A DNA stretch of 64,000 nucleotides from contig JABANN010000026.1 in the NCBI GenBank assembly GCA_013115125.1, positions 1 through 64,000 of the forward strand. Reading direction: 5' to 3'. The notes under the pieces are model-generated. The model ran no database searches. It saw nothing but the letters and a program-made list of their open reading frames with translations, and was not told the origin of the DNA. How positions within the stretch are numbered: the stretch's first letter is position 1; every line of letters begins with the position of its first letter. The position numbers and the translations under genes are program-made. Positions 25,620 through 39,700 of this stretch are shown one piece after another. The stretch is from Perkinsus olseni. Its lineage: Eukaryota.

Positions 25620-27804
25620 TCATGATAAGCGGACTGCTACCGTACGGGAATAGAGCACTTCGTGATGACCCAGCAAGAAACCTGACAGGAATGCGTAAAA
25701 GTAAGCGCTATATACAGCTCTGACCTGAGGTGGGCCCGACGCTACTCATGCTCCATTCAATGGCGCCAGTCCTCTTTAGAGTACCCAGAGCAAGTACCAC
25801 CTGCAACGAACACGCATGCACTTACGCTCTACCAATCTGTTAACACCATCTGTTCGCTCGCTTTGTCCTCTGCTCGAGACACTAAAGGCGTATGCAACAC
25901 TAGTAGTCCTCCCTTGGCCACCACCCCTGCCGCTGCCTCGACTTTCTTATGCAAACTGAGAGCCGCCACCGAATTAGAGGCAGGGATATCACAGTATTCT
26001 GATACCCCTCAGCAGAGGCAACCAGCTCCCGTCCGAGCTGACCAAATGCGACTCTTTCCCTTTTCTTGATTTCTGGATACGCGTGCAGGATGACGACGTC
26101 GAAGGAGAGCCTGGAGGCGGCCATCGCCTCGAGCTCATTCTCAATGTCGTTCCTCAGGAGTGTTGAAACCTGAGCCCCGAACGAAGCCTCGCGAGCCTTG
26201 AGCTGGGCTATCGAAAAACTCTTGATACCACAACAAGCCGCGGCGGCCAGATCCCGAGACCTTACCTTATCATCCACTTCATTGATCTTAGCATTAGCTT
26301 CAGCATACCGGACAGCTTTGACGGACTCGTCCAGCATGACCACCTCGTTCGCCGCACCCTCCTTGGCTGCTCTGATGCCCCAGCCGCCGTAGCCACAAGA
26401 GATGTCGAGAACAGTTCGGCCCTTGACAGACTGAGCAACAGCGAGGGCTAGTGGGGCTCCTCTGGGGTTCCACTCACCTGTAGCACACGTTGTCGCATAT
26501 CAGCTTCATCGAAGGGCCACATACTCCGATGAGGGACGTCCATGAGGGGTAGCTGGAAATGCGTGCCGCCCTCGATAACGTAGGCGCATTGGAGTGTGCC
26601 TTCACTGCCTCGTTCTAGTGTAGTAGCGAACTCCTGAAGCGAGGCACCAGCGAGGCATCACCTGGCGGGCTAGAATATCCCGCACTATGTCTGCTACGGA
26701 TATGGTACGTCTTAGCAGCCTATGAGAGTCAAGGTTTCGGGGCAAGCATTGGAAGGCGTTACCACTCATGGCGAGCAGGAAAGAGAGGTCCATAAGACGA
26801 ACCTTCCCATCAGCGCCATGCCGCTCCTTCCGCCAGTTCATTTTATGCACAACCACGGCCTTGGTGTCGAGCACTCTGTCACAGACTTCCTCTCGAACAA
26901 TCGAGTCCCACGGGAACTCCTCACCATATGTGTCGTACCTGTCCAGGGCGGCTGATCGACTGTCCTGTGGATGCATTAGTCACTTGAAGACGAGTATGCT
27001 GCCCCCTCCATCATCCTCAGCCACTCGTAGTAGATCGCAGGTGATGCCGGGTAGACCATCAGCCTCGGCAGCAATAAGTCGACCGCAGCGGTCCCGAGAC
27101 ATGCTGGGCAGCTGTAAACTGCGTGCCACCGCCCGATGGGCTCGACGTCGGAGTAGTTTCTGACAATATACTATGCAGGGAAGGGCTCCAACCAGCATCA
27201 TCACACGGAGACACGTATGGAGTCAGAAGGCTTACGAAAGTGGAGCCTAGCAAGATAGTAGCTTACTGTTATATACTCCTCCATAGTAGAGGAGGATGCC
27301 TGCTGCTGTGGTGGTGTACTCCTTGTTAGCACTCGTATTGGTATAGAGCTTGAACGGTTGAGGATACCCAACCCCAGGTCCACGCCATCAGGCGCTAGCA
27401 GCCTAACTATGGAGCCTGGAGGGAGGGGGTTCAACTCCTTTATGTTCTCTATCTGAACACCAGCACCACATCTTCAATATGGGCATTGACAGAGCAAGCA
27501 GGAAAGAACGGCTTTTCACTACAATAGTGTCACTTGAGATAATCCTGCTGCTACCACAGCTTTGGAACGGAGCGAGACAACGACTCAGGGGACCAGCACC
27601 GTGGTATCGAGGCGGCTAATGTACCTCAGGCCAGTAGACCCAGGGATGTCCTGACTCGGTGAGGCGTTGGGGCATGGGGTAGCTTGACTTCACCGAATTC
27701 TTGCGTACCCGGGCGATGGGTAGAGGTGAAGAGAGTGAGGCTAGACAGCGACGTGCCGCTGCGTACGGTGATGGAGAAGTATGTAGCACAGCGGGTAGTA
27801 TCAT
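25620..27804 (-). CDS. RlmI-like (PUA + class I SAM) RNA methyltransferase, possibly organellar, multi-exon
   Basis: GHPWVY, PGSIVRLLAPDGVDLGLG, RLIAAEADGLPGITCD, GRTVLDISCGYGGWGIRAAKEGA...AEANAKIN and FDVVILHAYP motifs, with an Arg/Ser-rich transit-like N-terminus. Confidence 0.8.
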
Positions 27805-27989
27805 GGTTGGAACTGGGGAGACGATAGCTGGCCATCAGAAGCTGTATCACGGCGTAGGGGATACTCTCCACTACCGTATTGCGGCTGTGGTTGTAGCATA
27901 AAGTCAGCGCCGCAGAAGCAGCGCTGTGCTTGCACTCTCAAGTTGAGAACTCAAGTATGTAACGCCATCGAGGGTCTGGACGAGGTTAC

Positions 27990-30215
27990 ATACAGAGAGA
28001 GCTCAGTGAGTGGCTATTGAGGCCTAACTGCATCTGAGCTGGTGCCAAAAGAACAGGTGCTGCCGACGGGCCCTCCCCAGCTGCCCTCACACTACCTGAT
28101 GACTGGAAATATGCTAACACAACCCGAATCATCTCACAAAACAGTAGACGCCTTGATGCTTATAATCGACGGTAGGGTGGGAGCCTTAGAGGGATCCTTA
28201 ACAACCACCATGAGCACCTCCACCAGATCGACTCTACCAAGCGTCGAGAGCTCGGCTGCAACACCAGCCGGCAGCTGCCGCGTGTACGGCCGTATGGTGG
28301 GGAACTCCTCCTTCGACAAGAGCTCTGAGCTACTAAGGATTTCCATCGCCTTCTTGTAGTGTTCTCGATGGTGCAGGAATAGCCACATCATCTGCTGCTC
28401 CGACCAGCATCGTCGGACCACTTCAACCGCCTCCTGACAACAGATCAAATGGGGAGACGGCATCGACCAGGAGTGCCACTCCTATCCTGGCATGAATAAC
28501 ATCGGCATGATGCCACCGGTAACGGAGGTGTAACAGCTAGCCTCTTACCGGTCTCTGGCTGCCATCAACAATGAGGCTAGCAATAGCCTCTACACACGAG
28601 TCACGATCCAAGCTCCGGAGCAGAGGACTGCTGCTAGTAGTAGTAGTAGTAGTAGTAGAAGTACACCTGTATCAAACACAGTCGTATAAAGGCATAACTG
28701 ACGGCATGCCTCACTCGGCGTTAAACTTGCTCATTCCATCCAGGTTGGGAAGGCAACGGGACACATCGCCTGAGGAAGGGCTTCAGGGGCCTCTCAGCAA
28801 CGGCGACACCGTACCATCGCGCTCTGATGCCTCGAAGCAGCTGTAGTAGAACGCAGCTGCTGCTGGTGCGGCCCCAGTGGTGGTCGACGAAGCCATACCA
28901 AGCTGCGAGTACTGTATTGGCGTTGAAGACTGATGAACCCGACAGAGCATGTTAGAGGGGGAAAGGGAATAATTCAAGACAGGGCCATTTGCACCCAGTA
29001 ATGGAGGCCTCCCCGTTCAGTGATATGGGCTGATATATCGTTGAAGGCCTCGGCACTCACCCGATTCCGAGAATCAACAACGAGGCCAGCCCTGATAAGG
29101 AGGGGAAAAGATGGTACTGGACAAGGGTGTCGTTGGCAGTACCTTCGCAGTGCACCTTCTAGTCGACTCAAATGGACCTCTGAGCGGGACTTCCGCCCTA
29201 GACCGTGATAATCTAGGAGTTTAGTAACGAGAGCAAACCTGAGGCGGGGGGCGTCGCTACTGGGGCCTTGGGGACCATGGATAGGGTGATAAAGTGTCCC
29301 GAGTCGTAACGGGCATGGTTTAATTCACTCTATGTAGGAGCGTCAGAGGACTGCGATCGGATGGGAGCCGCCCGTACTAGCTGCTACTTATGAAAACCAT
29401 CAGGTGGTGCACTGTAGGCGTGCCAGAAGTCCTTCATGTCCTCCCGCGTCCAATCGGTGTCGGGTAGGGGTTTGAGGCCTTCAGTGATGAATTCAAAACG
29501 TTCGCCTGTAGTGTTCAGTGGGTTGCATACCTGATCATCATCACAATGCATCAATCTCGCGAGGGCAGCCACCATTGGACGATCGGCGGGTGTTGGGCAG
29601 CCGAAACGCGCACTTGAAGATACCATCTCAGGAAGACGAGGAGCGTAAAGGATCACCGGTAAACTCTCTCTTGACAACGTTCAAAAGTAGCATGAAAGCA
29701 GCCAATTCTGAAGCGCGCACACGCGGGAATTTAGGGCGACTTGAGGCGTCGAAGGAGATTTCGATTAAGGAGGCTGTCATCCACAAGTGAGAGTAAACAG
29801 TTAGGAGAGAAGGAGGGCGGCATCGAACTCTCCCACTGCCATATTATACTCTCGACATAGTATACTTTTCGGGCTTATGATGACGAGAACAATTTCAAGA
29901 TGTACAGATACCGAGTAGGGCGAAGGTCTCGAGGTGAGTCTAGCTACTAGCATGCAGAATGCAAACCGTAGGAGCCGCCATAGGAGAGGTCATGACAATG
30001 TTACTCGAGAAGTAAGGGAGGGCGATGAGAACGCAGTGGCCACTGGTCGGGGTAAGCGAAACAATACACAATTCCGAATCACTCAATTGGTCGTTGAACA
30101 CGCCTTGGAACCATTCCGCCAAGGTTCGATTCTCGTTATATTACCGCCACCACATACCGCGACTGGGATGACGCGGAAGGCCTATTGATGTCGATTGTGA
30201 TGGAGTCGTCCATTA
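27990..30215 (-). CDS. Hypothetical multi-exon protein
   Basis: Series of GT/AG-bounded open segments (MDDSITIDINRPS; LAEWFQGVFNDQ; EGLKPLPDTDWTREDMKDFWHAY; LSRLEGALRRYCQRHP; YKKAMEILSSSELL). No domain was recognised and boundaries are rough. Confidence 0.45.
28629..28662. repeat. (GTA)n microsatellite
   Basis: ctgctgctagtagtagtagtagtagtagtagaag. Confidence 0.85.
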
Positions 30216-30814
30216 TGATGTTGATCCAGATAAAAAACCTACGCCCGGAGAACGTCAATGGCCTAGGCTGATAGCAGTCTCGAAGCCTTGTAGCACGACC
30301 ACCGACGCGGTCGGTCTCGAGAGGCGAGCAATATAGCGTGCAAGAATGCATTGGACGTGAACTTTGTTACCCTACACCTCCCGAAGAGAGCGACCGAACC
30401 GAAGGCCCGGCTCTCAGGCATTACAACTTTAACACAATGCGGTAAACAATACCCATTCCCAAACCAACAGTCTTGGTCCAACACAAGCCCCGCGTGGCCG
30501 ATGTGCGCAGATATCGATCAGTTGGGCGCGCGCGATTGCCGCGCATTATCGGCGCAGGACTCGGTCGAACGACGGGTCGTGCCTGTTTCGAAGGCATGGA
30601 GGTATCAAATAATCCCATGAATATGTCTGTGGCTAGTTCTTGTCGGAACTGGCATTTGAAAGCTTGGATTTACATTGGTAGGTGAAGCCACGGAGCCAAC
30701 GAGGATGAATAAACCTACCTCAAGTTGGAAGAATTTTAGGGTGAAGGGGGGAAGATACACAATAGGTCGTCATCCACGCTATTACGGATTGAGAATCAGC
30801 GCTGTTTTCTGAGA

Positions 30815-31703
30815 ATGGAAGGCCGTCTTTCAAGTGTGAAGCGCCCTCCACCTGTGGCTGTCCCCTCAGGGATATCGGGGCAAGGTAGTACATATTGAGA
30901 GGAGCGGGCGTGTGAAGTCCTCTAAGTAGCGCATCCATCCTTCTCGCTAGGTCCGGTGGAATCATCCTCGATCACTAGTACCGCCTCCCAGCCTCGGACC
31001 CCCGACCGTCGCCCGCGAGTTATTGAAGAGACGATAGCCTCTCGTGATGCCTCACGTAGCCATGTTATTGTTATTCGCAGTGGACGTGCGTTTTTAGTGG
31101 ACACCCCTCACAGCATGATTCTGACACCTCTAGCTGTGGATACTAGCTCACAACCACCACAAAGCCTTACAGGTAGTTTTTACTAGGCCAGGGTCGGACA
31201 AACGGTTCCATCAGAGCTACGGGAACTTCTGCTGGTCTACCGTCGTGATTTGAGGGTATTGAGGAATCAGCTGGGGGCGGTTATGGAGGAAAACGATGAG
31301 CTGAGGTGAGTCGCTGGTGGCGTGGTTCCACGTGCTCCGAGGTGAACGTCAGGCGCGATCTCAAGGCGGAGCGACAGGTGAACGGGGAGCTGAGCGATAA
31401 GTGTGAGAGGATGCGGCAAGAGGTCTCTTCTATGCAGGATGTAATAGTGGTACTAACGCGATGCATAGCATTGGAATTTTATAGACTTTGGAGAGCGAGC
31501 GAGTAACCCATTTATGTCGTCTTATTCAATGGCGTGGTGCGGTATCGATAAGGAACCCTCTGTTGTTGTTGGATATGGCTCGGAGGAGATATGCCACTAC
31601 CGTTAATACGACTGATGATTATGATGAGAATGGTCCTCGGGCTGCCACTTGGAAGATGTCTTTGGGACCGGTGTCTCTGCGGATCACGTGTAAGTGGGCT
31701 TAG
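30815..31703 (+). CDS. Hypothetical short coiled-coil protein, multi-exon
   Basis: Exons read MEGRLSSVKRPPP, LWILAHNHHKALQ|ARVGQTVPSELRELLLVYRRDLRVLRNQLGAVMEENDELR and VNVRRDLKAERQVNGELSDKCERMRQEVSSMQD. Confidence 0.5.
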
Positions 31704-32273
31704 GAAGAAGCCATCAAAGGTTGAAGCTTGAAAGATACAGAATAGGTTAGGTTGGAGAACCAATGGTCTCCAGTCGAATGTTAGCATTTCACTATAATTT
31801 GGTCGTAATTTGCAAGTAGTAAGAACAATTCACACTGTGATCGACCTTGTTCCATTTATAGCGACGCCTAGCAAAGATCTGCCTGAACAAAGGTGTGCTT
31901 AAGACCGCACGCGGAAGATTCAGGGCGGGGTTCGTCGGGAGTGCAAAGGGGGTCTACCTATTGCGGTCCATTTATCGTCACGTGTGTTACTGTAGTAAAT
32001 AGTATTTTTTCTATTCATCTTGTGTTGGGTCGCAGCCGCAGCAACAGTCTTCTGAAAGTTGGTGGTGCATTAGATGAAGTGCCTCGAGAAGGGTAGCCGA
32101 CGATCCGGATTCACCACGCCTTGTCAACGTAGCAGAGCATCCTAGGGTGGCCTCAAGTATCTTCTTCGTGGGTATCATAGGTTGGCCTGTGTAGACCTAG
32201 AGTAAATGGCCTATAGGACTGATAGTATTGGGTAACGACGATGCTAGCGTTCTTGGGGGCCGATTTCCTTTTG

Positions 32274-34140
32274 ATGGGAAACTACTTGACTACAGCGGAG
32301 CGATGCAACTATTGTCTGGGTATCCGCACGAAGCAAAGTAGTGACTTTGGCCCGTTGAAGATAGCCAGGCTGGACCAGAAACGGACGGAGGAAGTAGGTA
32401 CAGCCGTCAGACTGGTCATGTGACGACCCTTCAGTTTCTGACCGCCACCAGCACTCCGGTTGTCGAAGCAGTCGTACTGGTGTGCGAGTCCGAGGTGGGT
32501 GCTTTTGGTCTGTCCGAGGTGGACAATGGACGCAGGTTCAATCCCCGGTGCCGGCAACTACGCCTCGATCGCCTCAGAACAGTGGTTCTGAAGTCGTGAA
32601 TCTTTCGAGTGAGTAAGTATTGAAGGGTGATCCGTTCGAAGGTCGTCTTGCATCACTTAACTATCTCAGATTGCAAAGCATCGCTCCGTCTCCTCCCAGT
32701 GGGTTCAGAGATGGTGACGAGGTGAGGTCTCCCAACTGTATCGTTACATTGGTAGCGCTCATCACGACCATCTCCTTGCAGCCCTCGTGTGTGTCGCCAA
32801 TTCCACTACAACAGGAGGAGGAGGAGCCTGTGGTGGAAGGGGCGGGGATGGCCTCGCCCGAAGTGGTCGGCTTAGACCGACATGAGGATAGCGATGACGA
32901 TCCGGAGAACACCCCTTCTAAGGTGGGCCGCGGGCCTATTCTTGACTGAGTAGTGCATCTCTCGATGCTCGCCGTACGCACAGGAGATGCTATGACTTTT
33001 CTCTCGGTCGAATCCTTCGACGGTTTCGTTCATTCTCGTCGACACTGGCATAGCAGCGGTGTACCCTTTCCGAGAGGGCGTGCACTGTGCCACTTGAAGG
33101 CCATTGCAGTCTGATCTGCATCTCAGTCTTTGATGCCGTTATCGGCTTCCTCTAGTCGAGGCCGTCTGTCTAGCACCACCCCTCGAAGTCGGTCGCTGCT
33201 GTATAGAGGCTCGGAGGCAACGTCATTGAGTGGGTGGGGGGAGGGCATCAGCATTTGTTCCGTGAGGTGTGACGTGCTCGATAAGCACGTTTGATGAGCC
33301 CTGTTCAACCGCTAGGATGCAGGTTTACCAAGCTTGATGCTTGTCACAGGCCGGACTGGGCAGCAGCCTCCCTGTGTGAATTGCAGTAGCCAGTGGTAGT
33401 AGAAGTTGGATATGGCCTAGATAACAGGGCGTTTTCTTATACAAATATCACCTCTAACGGCCGTTGCTCTGAGTGATGGACGCTCATCTTCCCTTCAGTA
33501 ACATCGGAGTACTCCCTCTCGTCATCAGCGGCTGCCTACTTCTCTACAGAGCTGGGCCTCGGTATGCCTGGCTCGGGCGCATCGCTGTTGGGTGCTGTAG
33601 CCAACATCAAGCTTAAAGGCTGGGTACAGAGGAATAAGGGGGGATATTGGGATAGGTGGAAGTGGTAGGCACGCCTGGACGGCCCCGAGCTGCTCCATCG
33701 GGCTGCACTCAAACCTGTTGGGTCGTAACATCAGCATGGTGTACACTGCCAGGTGCTTCGCCGTCTTCATCAGCAATGACGGTAGTAACTGCAGTAGACT
33801 CAGCCTCTGGCGTACTGACCGGGACTTCGAGGACCGTCTAGTGAATGCATTGTCAAGCTGCATGCCATGGTAGGCCTCTCTTGCTCTATCTTGATCTCTT
33901 GTATTTCCTCAACGCCATCGTTACTCTCTCTTAGTGACTCGTTCTCCTTCGGACAGCATGGCAAACATGTGGTATGCGAGTCTGATTGGGGACGGGTGTT
34001 GGTGATATTCGATCATGAAGGGAACCGGTGTGTGAAGATACGGTAGGTCTGAGCGCAGGGCTGAGGGGATTGCTGGTTGAGCTTATGTGATGGTGGCTGC
34101 TAGGAAATGCTCGTGGTTAGATTACAAGAACTCTAGAGAT
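32274..34140 (+). CDS. Hypothetical multi-exon protein with possible N-myristoylation start (MGNYLTT...C..C)
   Basis: Short GT/AG-bounded exons with an S/P/E-rich middle. The 3' end is uncertain. Confidence 0.35.
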
Positions 34141-35522
34141 GGTTAGAATCGTGGATGTGTCCTACTAGTCGCCACCTTACTTGCATCATCTCGGCAGATC
34201 ATCATGCCGGTTGAATTCTCGCTTTTTATCGAAAACACTGAGTATAGATCGAGGTTCTGTGCGACACAGACCGGCTCGCGGTATCTACCCCGTTGTTGTT
34301 CATTGGCGGTCCACTAATGATCAACAACGGAGTCCAATACTAGTGGAAAGCGGTGCTGAGGGTCGGGGAGGGCTGTCACTAAATCGGACTCGGGTCGAGA
34401 GGTTAGGCAGTGCTGCCATAGCTTTTCGGGAATGGATGAAAGATAGAGCTATTGGAAGCCCAGACAGATAACAACTTCGGAGGTGCACGTGAGAAATGGG
34501 CACACCGGTAAACTGTTGAAGCCTCTTTTTACCACGAATATGTCTTACCCCGGTTCTCATTGACCGCTCACTATTCCCCTTTCTCGACCCATCTGTATTC
34601 ACCAAGTCCCCAGGGGTGATGGGTATATGAGAGGGTACCCGTATATCCAACAGTGAATACTTAGCCTTAGTGATAATTCTCGTGCTCTCTGTAAGGTGCA
34701 AAGAGCCCAAGTCCTCCCCTCTTACCACTACTGCATGGTTCGATACTATCAAGTCTATAAACTAAGCGCCCATTGTTATATTTGCTATTCATGATTTTGA
34801 GACTTTGTTCTCTTTTCTGCAGAGCTCCCTTGAGCACTTGCGTAGTCAATGATTACCTTACTACATTCGAGGGAGCTTGGAAGGCCCCGTACTCTCCGTA
34901 ATGCGGTAAGTTATTTCTCTCTCACCATCTGCTCTGTGCTGCCGCCATTCAATATGGCTAGCCTAATGAGAATACTAGTAGTTCCTCGTAAGTGGTGATG
35001 TTAATATTGTGGTCACCTTGTGTATCCTGGTCGTAGCTTCATCATTTCCACGCGGAAGTCATCGCCGATGACATCTAGAACTCCACATGGGTGGGTTCGG
35101 GGGCTACTGTCATAACACTTCCAGCTATTATTATACCCCGTCCGATTTCAATCAGCCTCGCGGCACTCTGGGTCGGCTGTTTGTCCTTCCTTGTCACAGC
35201 CTTGGCTTTACGCCTATCGTCTGAAGAGGCCGCAGTAAGGTAAGCACCATTGCCGTGTTGTTGATCTCTCCCTTACTCTTCTACTCATTCTCAGATCGGC
35301 AGCACCTCCACGCCCTACTTGGGCACCCTACAAAGAGGTCAGTCACCACCATTGGATTCGACACCATGGGAATTTATCGTGAAATCCTCGTTATAATACC
35401 AATAGTGAACTTCCATCGTGCGCCGACCTTTCGTGTTGAGGCGCGAGGGTGGCAAGATACTCGCGAGCTGCCTTTAACGCTCCCTTCCTCAGTGGGTCTT
35501 CGATACTTCGGTGAATATGTCG

Positions 35523-36783
35523 ATGGCCGATGAAGCTGAATGGAAGCGCCTGGCGGTAGCCCCGCCGCGTGGCGGCCGGCTGCCGATCGTACCCGAAATT
35601 AAGGTCAAGGACGATGAGAGCATTAATGCGAATCCTCAGCTCAAGTGGGATGAGCGAAGGTGGGGTGCTGCTACTGCTGCTGTTGCCTGTATCGATGTTG
35701 AACGGATTCCTGTAGTTACCCGGTAGGATTGAAGGCTACGCCGCACCCTAAGGTTGGGGGGAGCTCTCACTTAGATGAGAAAATCGACAAGATGGTGCCG
35801 AGGTGGGTGGGATGGTTTCTAGTGGCGTACACTACTGCGTTCATGCTTTTCATCGTGCTTTTCAGAGTCGCCCAACTGCTGAGTCAAGGGTGATGTGATT
35901 AAGGTATCGCAGCATGGCTGAGCATGATACGATCCCTTCGGCAGAGAGTCTTTGCGTTCATCATAGGTGGAGTATCGAACAGCCTACAGCCTACAGCCAT
36001 TCGCCTTCGATGAGATGCTCTCCTCCTGCCTTTTTCTGACACTTCTAGCTTCCACAAGTTGCCTGGTATCAGTAGGACCGGATAAGGTCGTGAGGGATCC
36101 TCTACCTCTGCCGACGTCAACTGGAGTGACGCAGAAGAAGCCAATGGCACCGACGGTAGGGACCGAGCGGGGCTTATGTAGTGATCCAGCATGCTGGATC
36201 ATAACGCTGCGGCCCGGGAATACCGATACGCTATCTAGCGCATCGTATAGGGTTAATTCATTTTCAGATTGATGGTGTGAGGGTAGACCTAGGGAAGCCT
36301 GTGGATTACGGTGCTCTCATCGGCCCTCCGAGGACGGTGCAAGCGGACCCACCCCCGCCTCCCAGCGTCTTCGAGAAGCCCGACCTATCGTGGAGTCCAA
36401 GGTGGTAGTAGTACGGTCGCCCCACCAGTAGCTGACTTATCGATCATCAGACTTAATACGACCATTGCTACATACAGCATCACTGCTGCAGTGCCTGTGA
36501 GGTCACGAGGCCTCGAGGGATGGCTGCCGAAGAGGGGAAGGTCAGGAGCGGGCCTGTAGAAGCTGTCCTGTCGCTGCGGTCCCTCATGCTGGGAAGGGCA
36601 AATCCTTCCATTCCCTAGCCTACGCCGTCGAACTGCTGCCAGCGACCGCCGCCGTGGATCACCATTCGAATGACTCAAATGAAGCATACCAGAATCGGGA
36701 ATGTCGATTCGGATGGGAAGGCTTCAGGAGATTGTTGCGTAACAGGGGCCGTTGAAGCCCTCAGGTCGAATTCTCAGGCTTGA
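35523..36783 (+). CDS. Hypothetical Pro-rich multi-exon protein
   Basis: Exons read MADEAEWKRLAVAPPRGGRLPIVPEIKVKDD, LKATPHPKVGG, VEYRTAYSLQPFAFDE and VDLGKPVDYGALIGPPRTVQADPPPPP. The probable end is SNSQA*. Confidence 0.5.
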
Positions 36784-36787
36784 ATCA

Positions 36788-39700
36788 ATGTTTTTCCCCA
36801 TTGGGAGTGTTGCTAATAGTACACAGCATCCATATTGCTCTATGCCTGGTGTAACCTTACCCCTCTCGAGCGCATTGATGGCGTTTCAGTCTGACTCGTC
36901 TGCAAGAGGAGACCCCATCCACCTTCACTTCAACCACAGTAGAAGAAGACACCTCTACCGAGAGGAAAGTAAATGCCCTGTGATGCCGTATGCTAGTAGA
37001 TTGCTGCTCGTAACTTCAGCTGAAGAAGATCATCGCCGACCACGACTAGCCAATCGTGATGCATGTGGTGCGGAGCTTTACTCAAGTCGTCATGTGCTGC
37101 ACTGTCTTGTGTTGCGTCAATGATCGGCCCGGTCATGGAACTTCGACCCCTCGGCCTTACTCAGGTGGACATCTTGAAGAGGGACTGGTGGCCGGCGGGA
37201 GTTACCGTGCTTCTGTCAGCCATTACCCCCTTGCCTGTATGTATGTCATTTCGTTATTGCTCATCCTACTACGGAGTGTGTCTCCGAGGACTACCACGAT
37301 GATGCTGAGGATTGCCCGGCCTCGGGCGACGGGATCCCTCTTGGAGGCTCCTGATGATGAGTACGAAGATATCAAGAATCATATAAAAGCTACAAGGGCC
37401 TTACTCGGGCCCGACCTGAAGCATACCGTGGGATATTGGGGCGACTGGATGTAAGAGTTGCCCGCCTTGCTGTTGGTACCGGGTTCGTTTCCCCCGGAAA
37501 GCATTATCTAATCCAGGAATCGTTTCTGCGACGGGAGATATTGGACTGTGACCTGTGGGCAAGTAGCGTTCAAGCACACTAATATGGCGGCTGATATAAG
37601 GAAGAAGCTGGCAGTTGAAGTGAAGGCGGCAACAAAGATGTGAGCACTCAGTGGGATTCCAACCTTTTCTGCATCTTGCACGCTTCGACTTTGGATGCAA
37701 TTATTACTAAATCCTGGCAGGGTGGACGATTTGACGACTCAAGCAGAAACTTTATCGAAGGCGGATCTCCAACCAATGACGGACTTGACGGACATCGAAC
37801 GACAGTGAGGAAGGCTTCGATCGGCGTAGGGGCGCCGTAGTAGTGCTTGTCGTGTTTAGGAAGGGAGAGAAGGGCATGATGGAGCAGGCGGAGGCTGTGA
37901 TGAAGGTCCTGGCCCTACTCCGGCCTGTTGTGGTGAGTTCGGTGCCCTTTACATTCTCACTTCATCGCGGGTTGGGGGGTTTCGCATGATGATGTTGCCT
38001 CCTCCCTTGGGTGATTGACGCTGTTGCGTCAGGTGGAAACTATGACCGGTGAAGAGAGGAATATGAAGGATGTGGAACAGTAGCTTGCTGCTGTTGCTGT
38101 TGACGGGTTGCTACTTATGCCATCCTCAGGGATATCAGGAAGACCGTCTCGCAGGACAAGGAGATGTACGACGAACTCTTCGATGCTGTAGGTCTGCCAG
38201 TCTGGGGTTGGTCCTTAGCGGGGTTAAACAATTTTGCAATCTTCGGAATTCATCTCTATCGACTATCTTGGAGCTGGGTGTTCTGTGAAGTGTCGGTGTT
38301 CAGGATGCGAAAAAGTACGCAAAGATGGCAGAAGAGAAGGGCAAGACGCTGCTGGCTGATACTAAGAAAGTTTACGTCAACCTTATGAAGGTGAGTGGGT
38401 CAGGGAAGCTATCCTCCCTACTGGGCAGAGCTGATGATGATTCACTTCGTTGTTAGTCGATCGCGGTGTTAATCAAGAAGGTTTACAGACTACAAAGAGC
38501 TCTCATCGTCTTGACGGCGCGGCACGCGGTCCACAGTACTCGTGTGTTGGACGAGGTGAGCAGGACGAGCCCGACGACGTGGATGGTGTATTAATCTACC
38601 GTCCTATCAGTTGCAGCGGACGACTCATCTCTTTATAAGGAGGACGGACCGTGCCGACACTTCACTGAGTCGCTTCGTAACAGCAGGCCCTGAGAGGAGG
38701 AAGGCGATCAAGTCGTAAGTCTAACGAGGGTTGCTCTTCGCGGGTTACCACTGGCCGACGATTCTCTGCCTGCCCACTGGCTTTTACTTCTCCGGTGGTA
38801 GCGGTGTCCGAGGGTGGACTCTCATCGTGTTGATGGTGAAGGCGTCATTCTCTTTGGTAGGGTTATATCGCAGCTGGCAGAGTACCAACAGAATGTCGCG
38901 CTGAAAAGATTCCAGCGAAGAGCGGACAAAATGGCCGATAAGGTAAGAGCGTGAAAGTATCTTTCTATTCTGCATGGAAGATGCGAAAGAGGTCAAGTTG
39001 AGAGCGATCATATCTTTCAGACGAAGCGAGAAGTGCATGAAGCTGGCTCGAATGCCGTCCGAGCGTTGAAGCTTGATGATAAGGATCTCACAGGACGCCA
39101 GAAGAAGAGCGATAGGATCTTCAATACTCGGCTCCGAAATCTCCAGCGGAGGAGACAAACTATCGTGCGAGAAACCTTACGGGTAGACCCGCCGGCGATA
39201 TGCTTGAAATGGGGATAATCGTTTTCCCGGAACGCAATTGGTATGAGAATAGGCTGAAGTTGTACACCAAGGGAGCAGCGGAGAAGACCGTTTGCACGTT
39301 TTCGCTTAACAGTGTCTTCCCTCAGGACTTCGGGGTGGCTGATCGTCGCTTCACCGACGAGGCCGGCTCTGATGCCGTCACCAAGTTCCCTTTGGTCAAC
39401 GACCTCCTCCGAGCAGCCGAGCATCAAGCGCTCGCTGTGGATGAGCTCAGGTAACTCTACACGGCTTCTATCGCGCAAGACTACCTTACACTATCGAGAA
39501 GACCGCCGCTAAGGCGGATCTGCACGCATACGCATGTTTTTTCCGAACAACAGTATACAGCTGAGAGTCCTTATGCTTCCCTCTCCCTGCTTACACGGCG
39601 CGGAATCGTGGCCTTTGCAGCGGCGAAGTGAAGGGAATGATCCAAGGGGCGGATGGCCCTCACAAGCTCCTTGGGGAGTCCTTGAAGCAATCTGAGAGGA

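Noticed and set aside
32530-32558. GGTTCAATCCC tRNA-like T-loop
   Set aside because: The T-stem does not pair and there is no cloverleaf. It coincides with a cag|GTT splice acceptor.
34300-35370. Possible small minus-strand multi-exon gene
   Set aside because: Exon-like fragments are present but I could not assemble a consistent frame or product.
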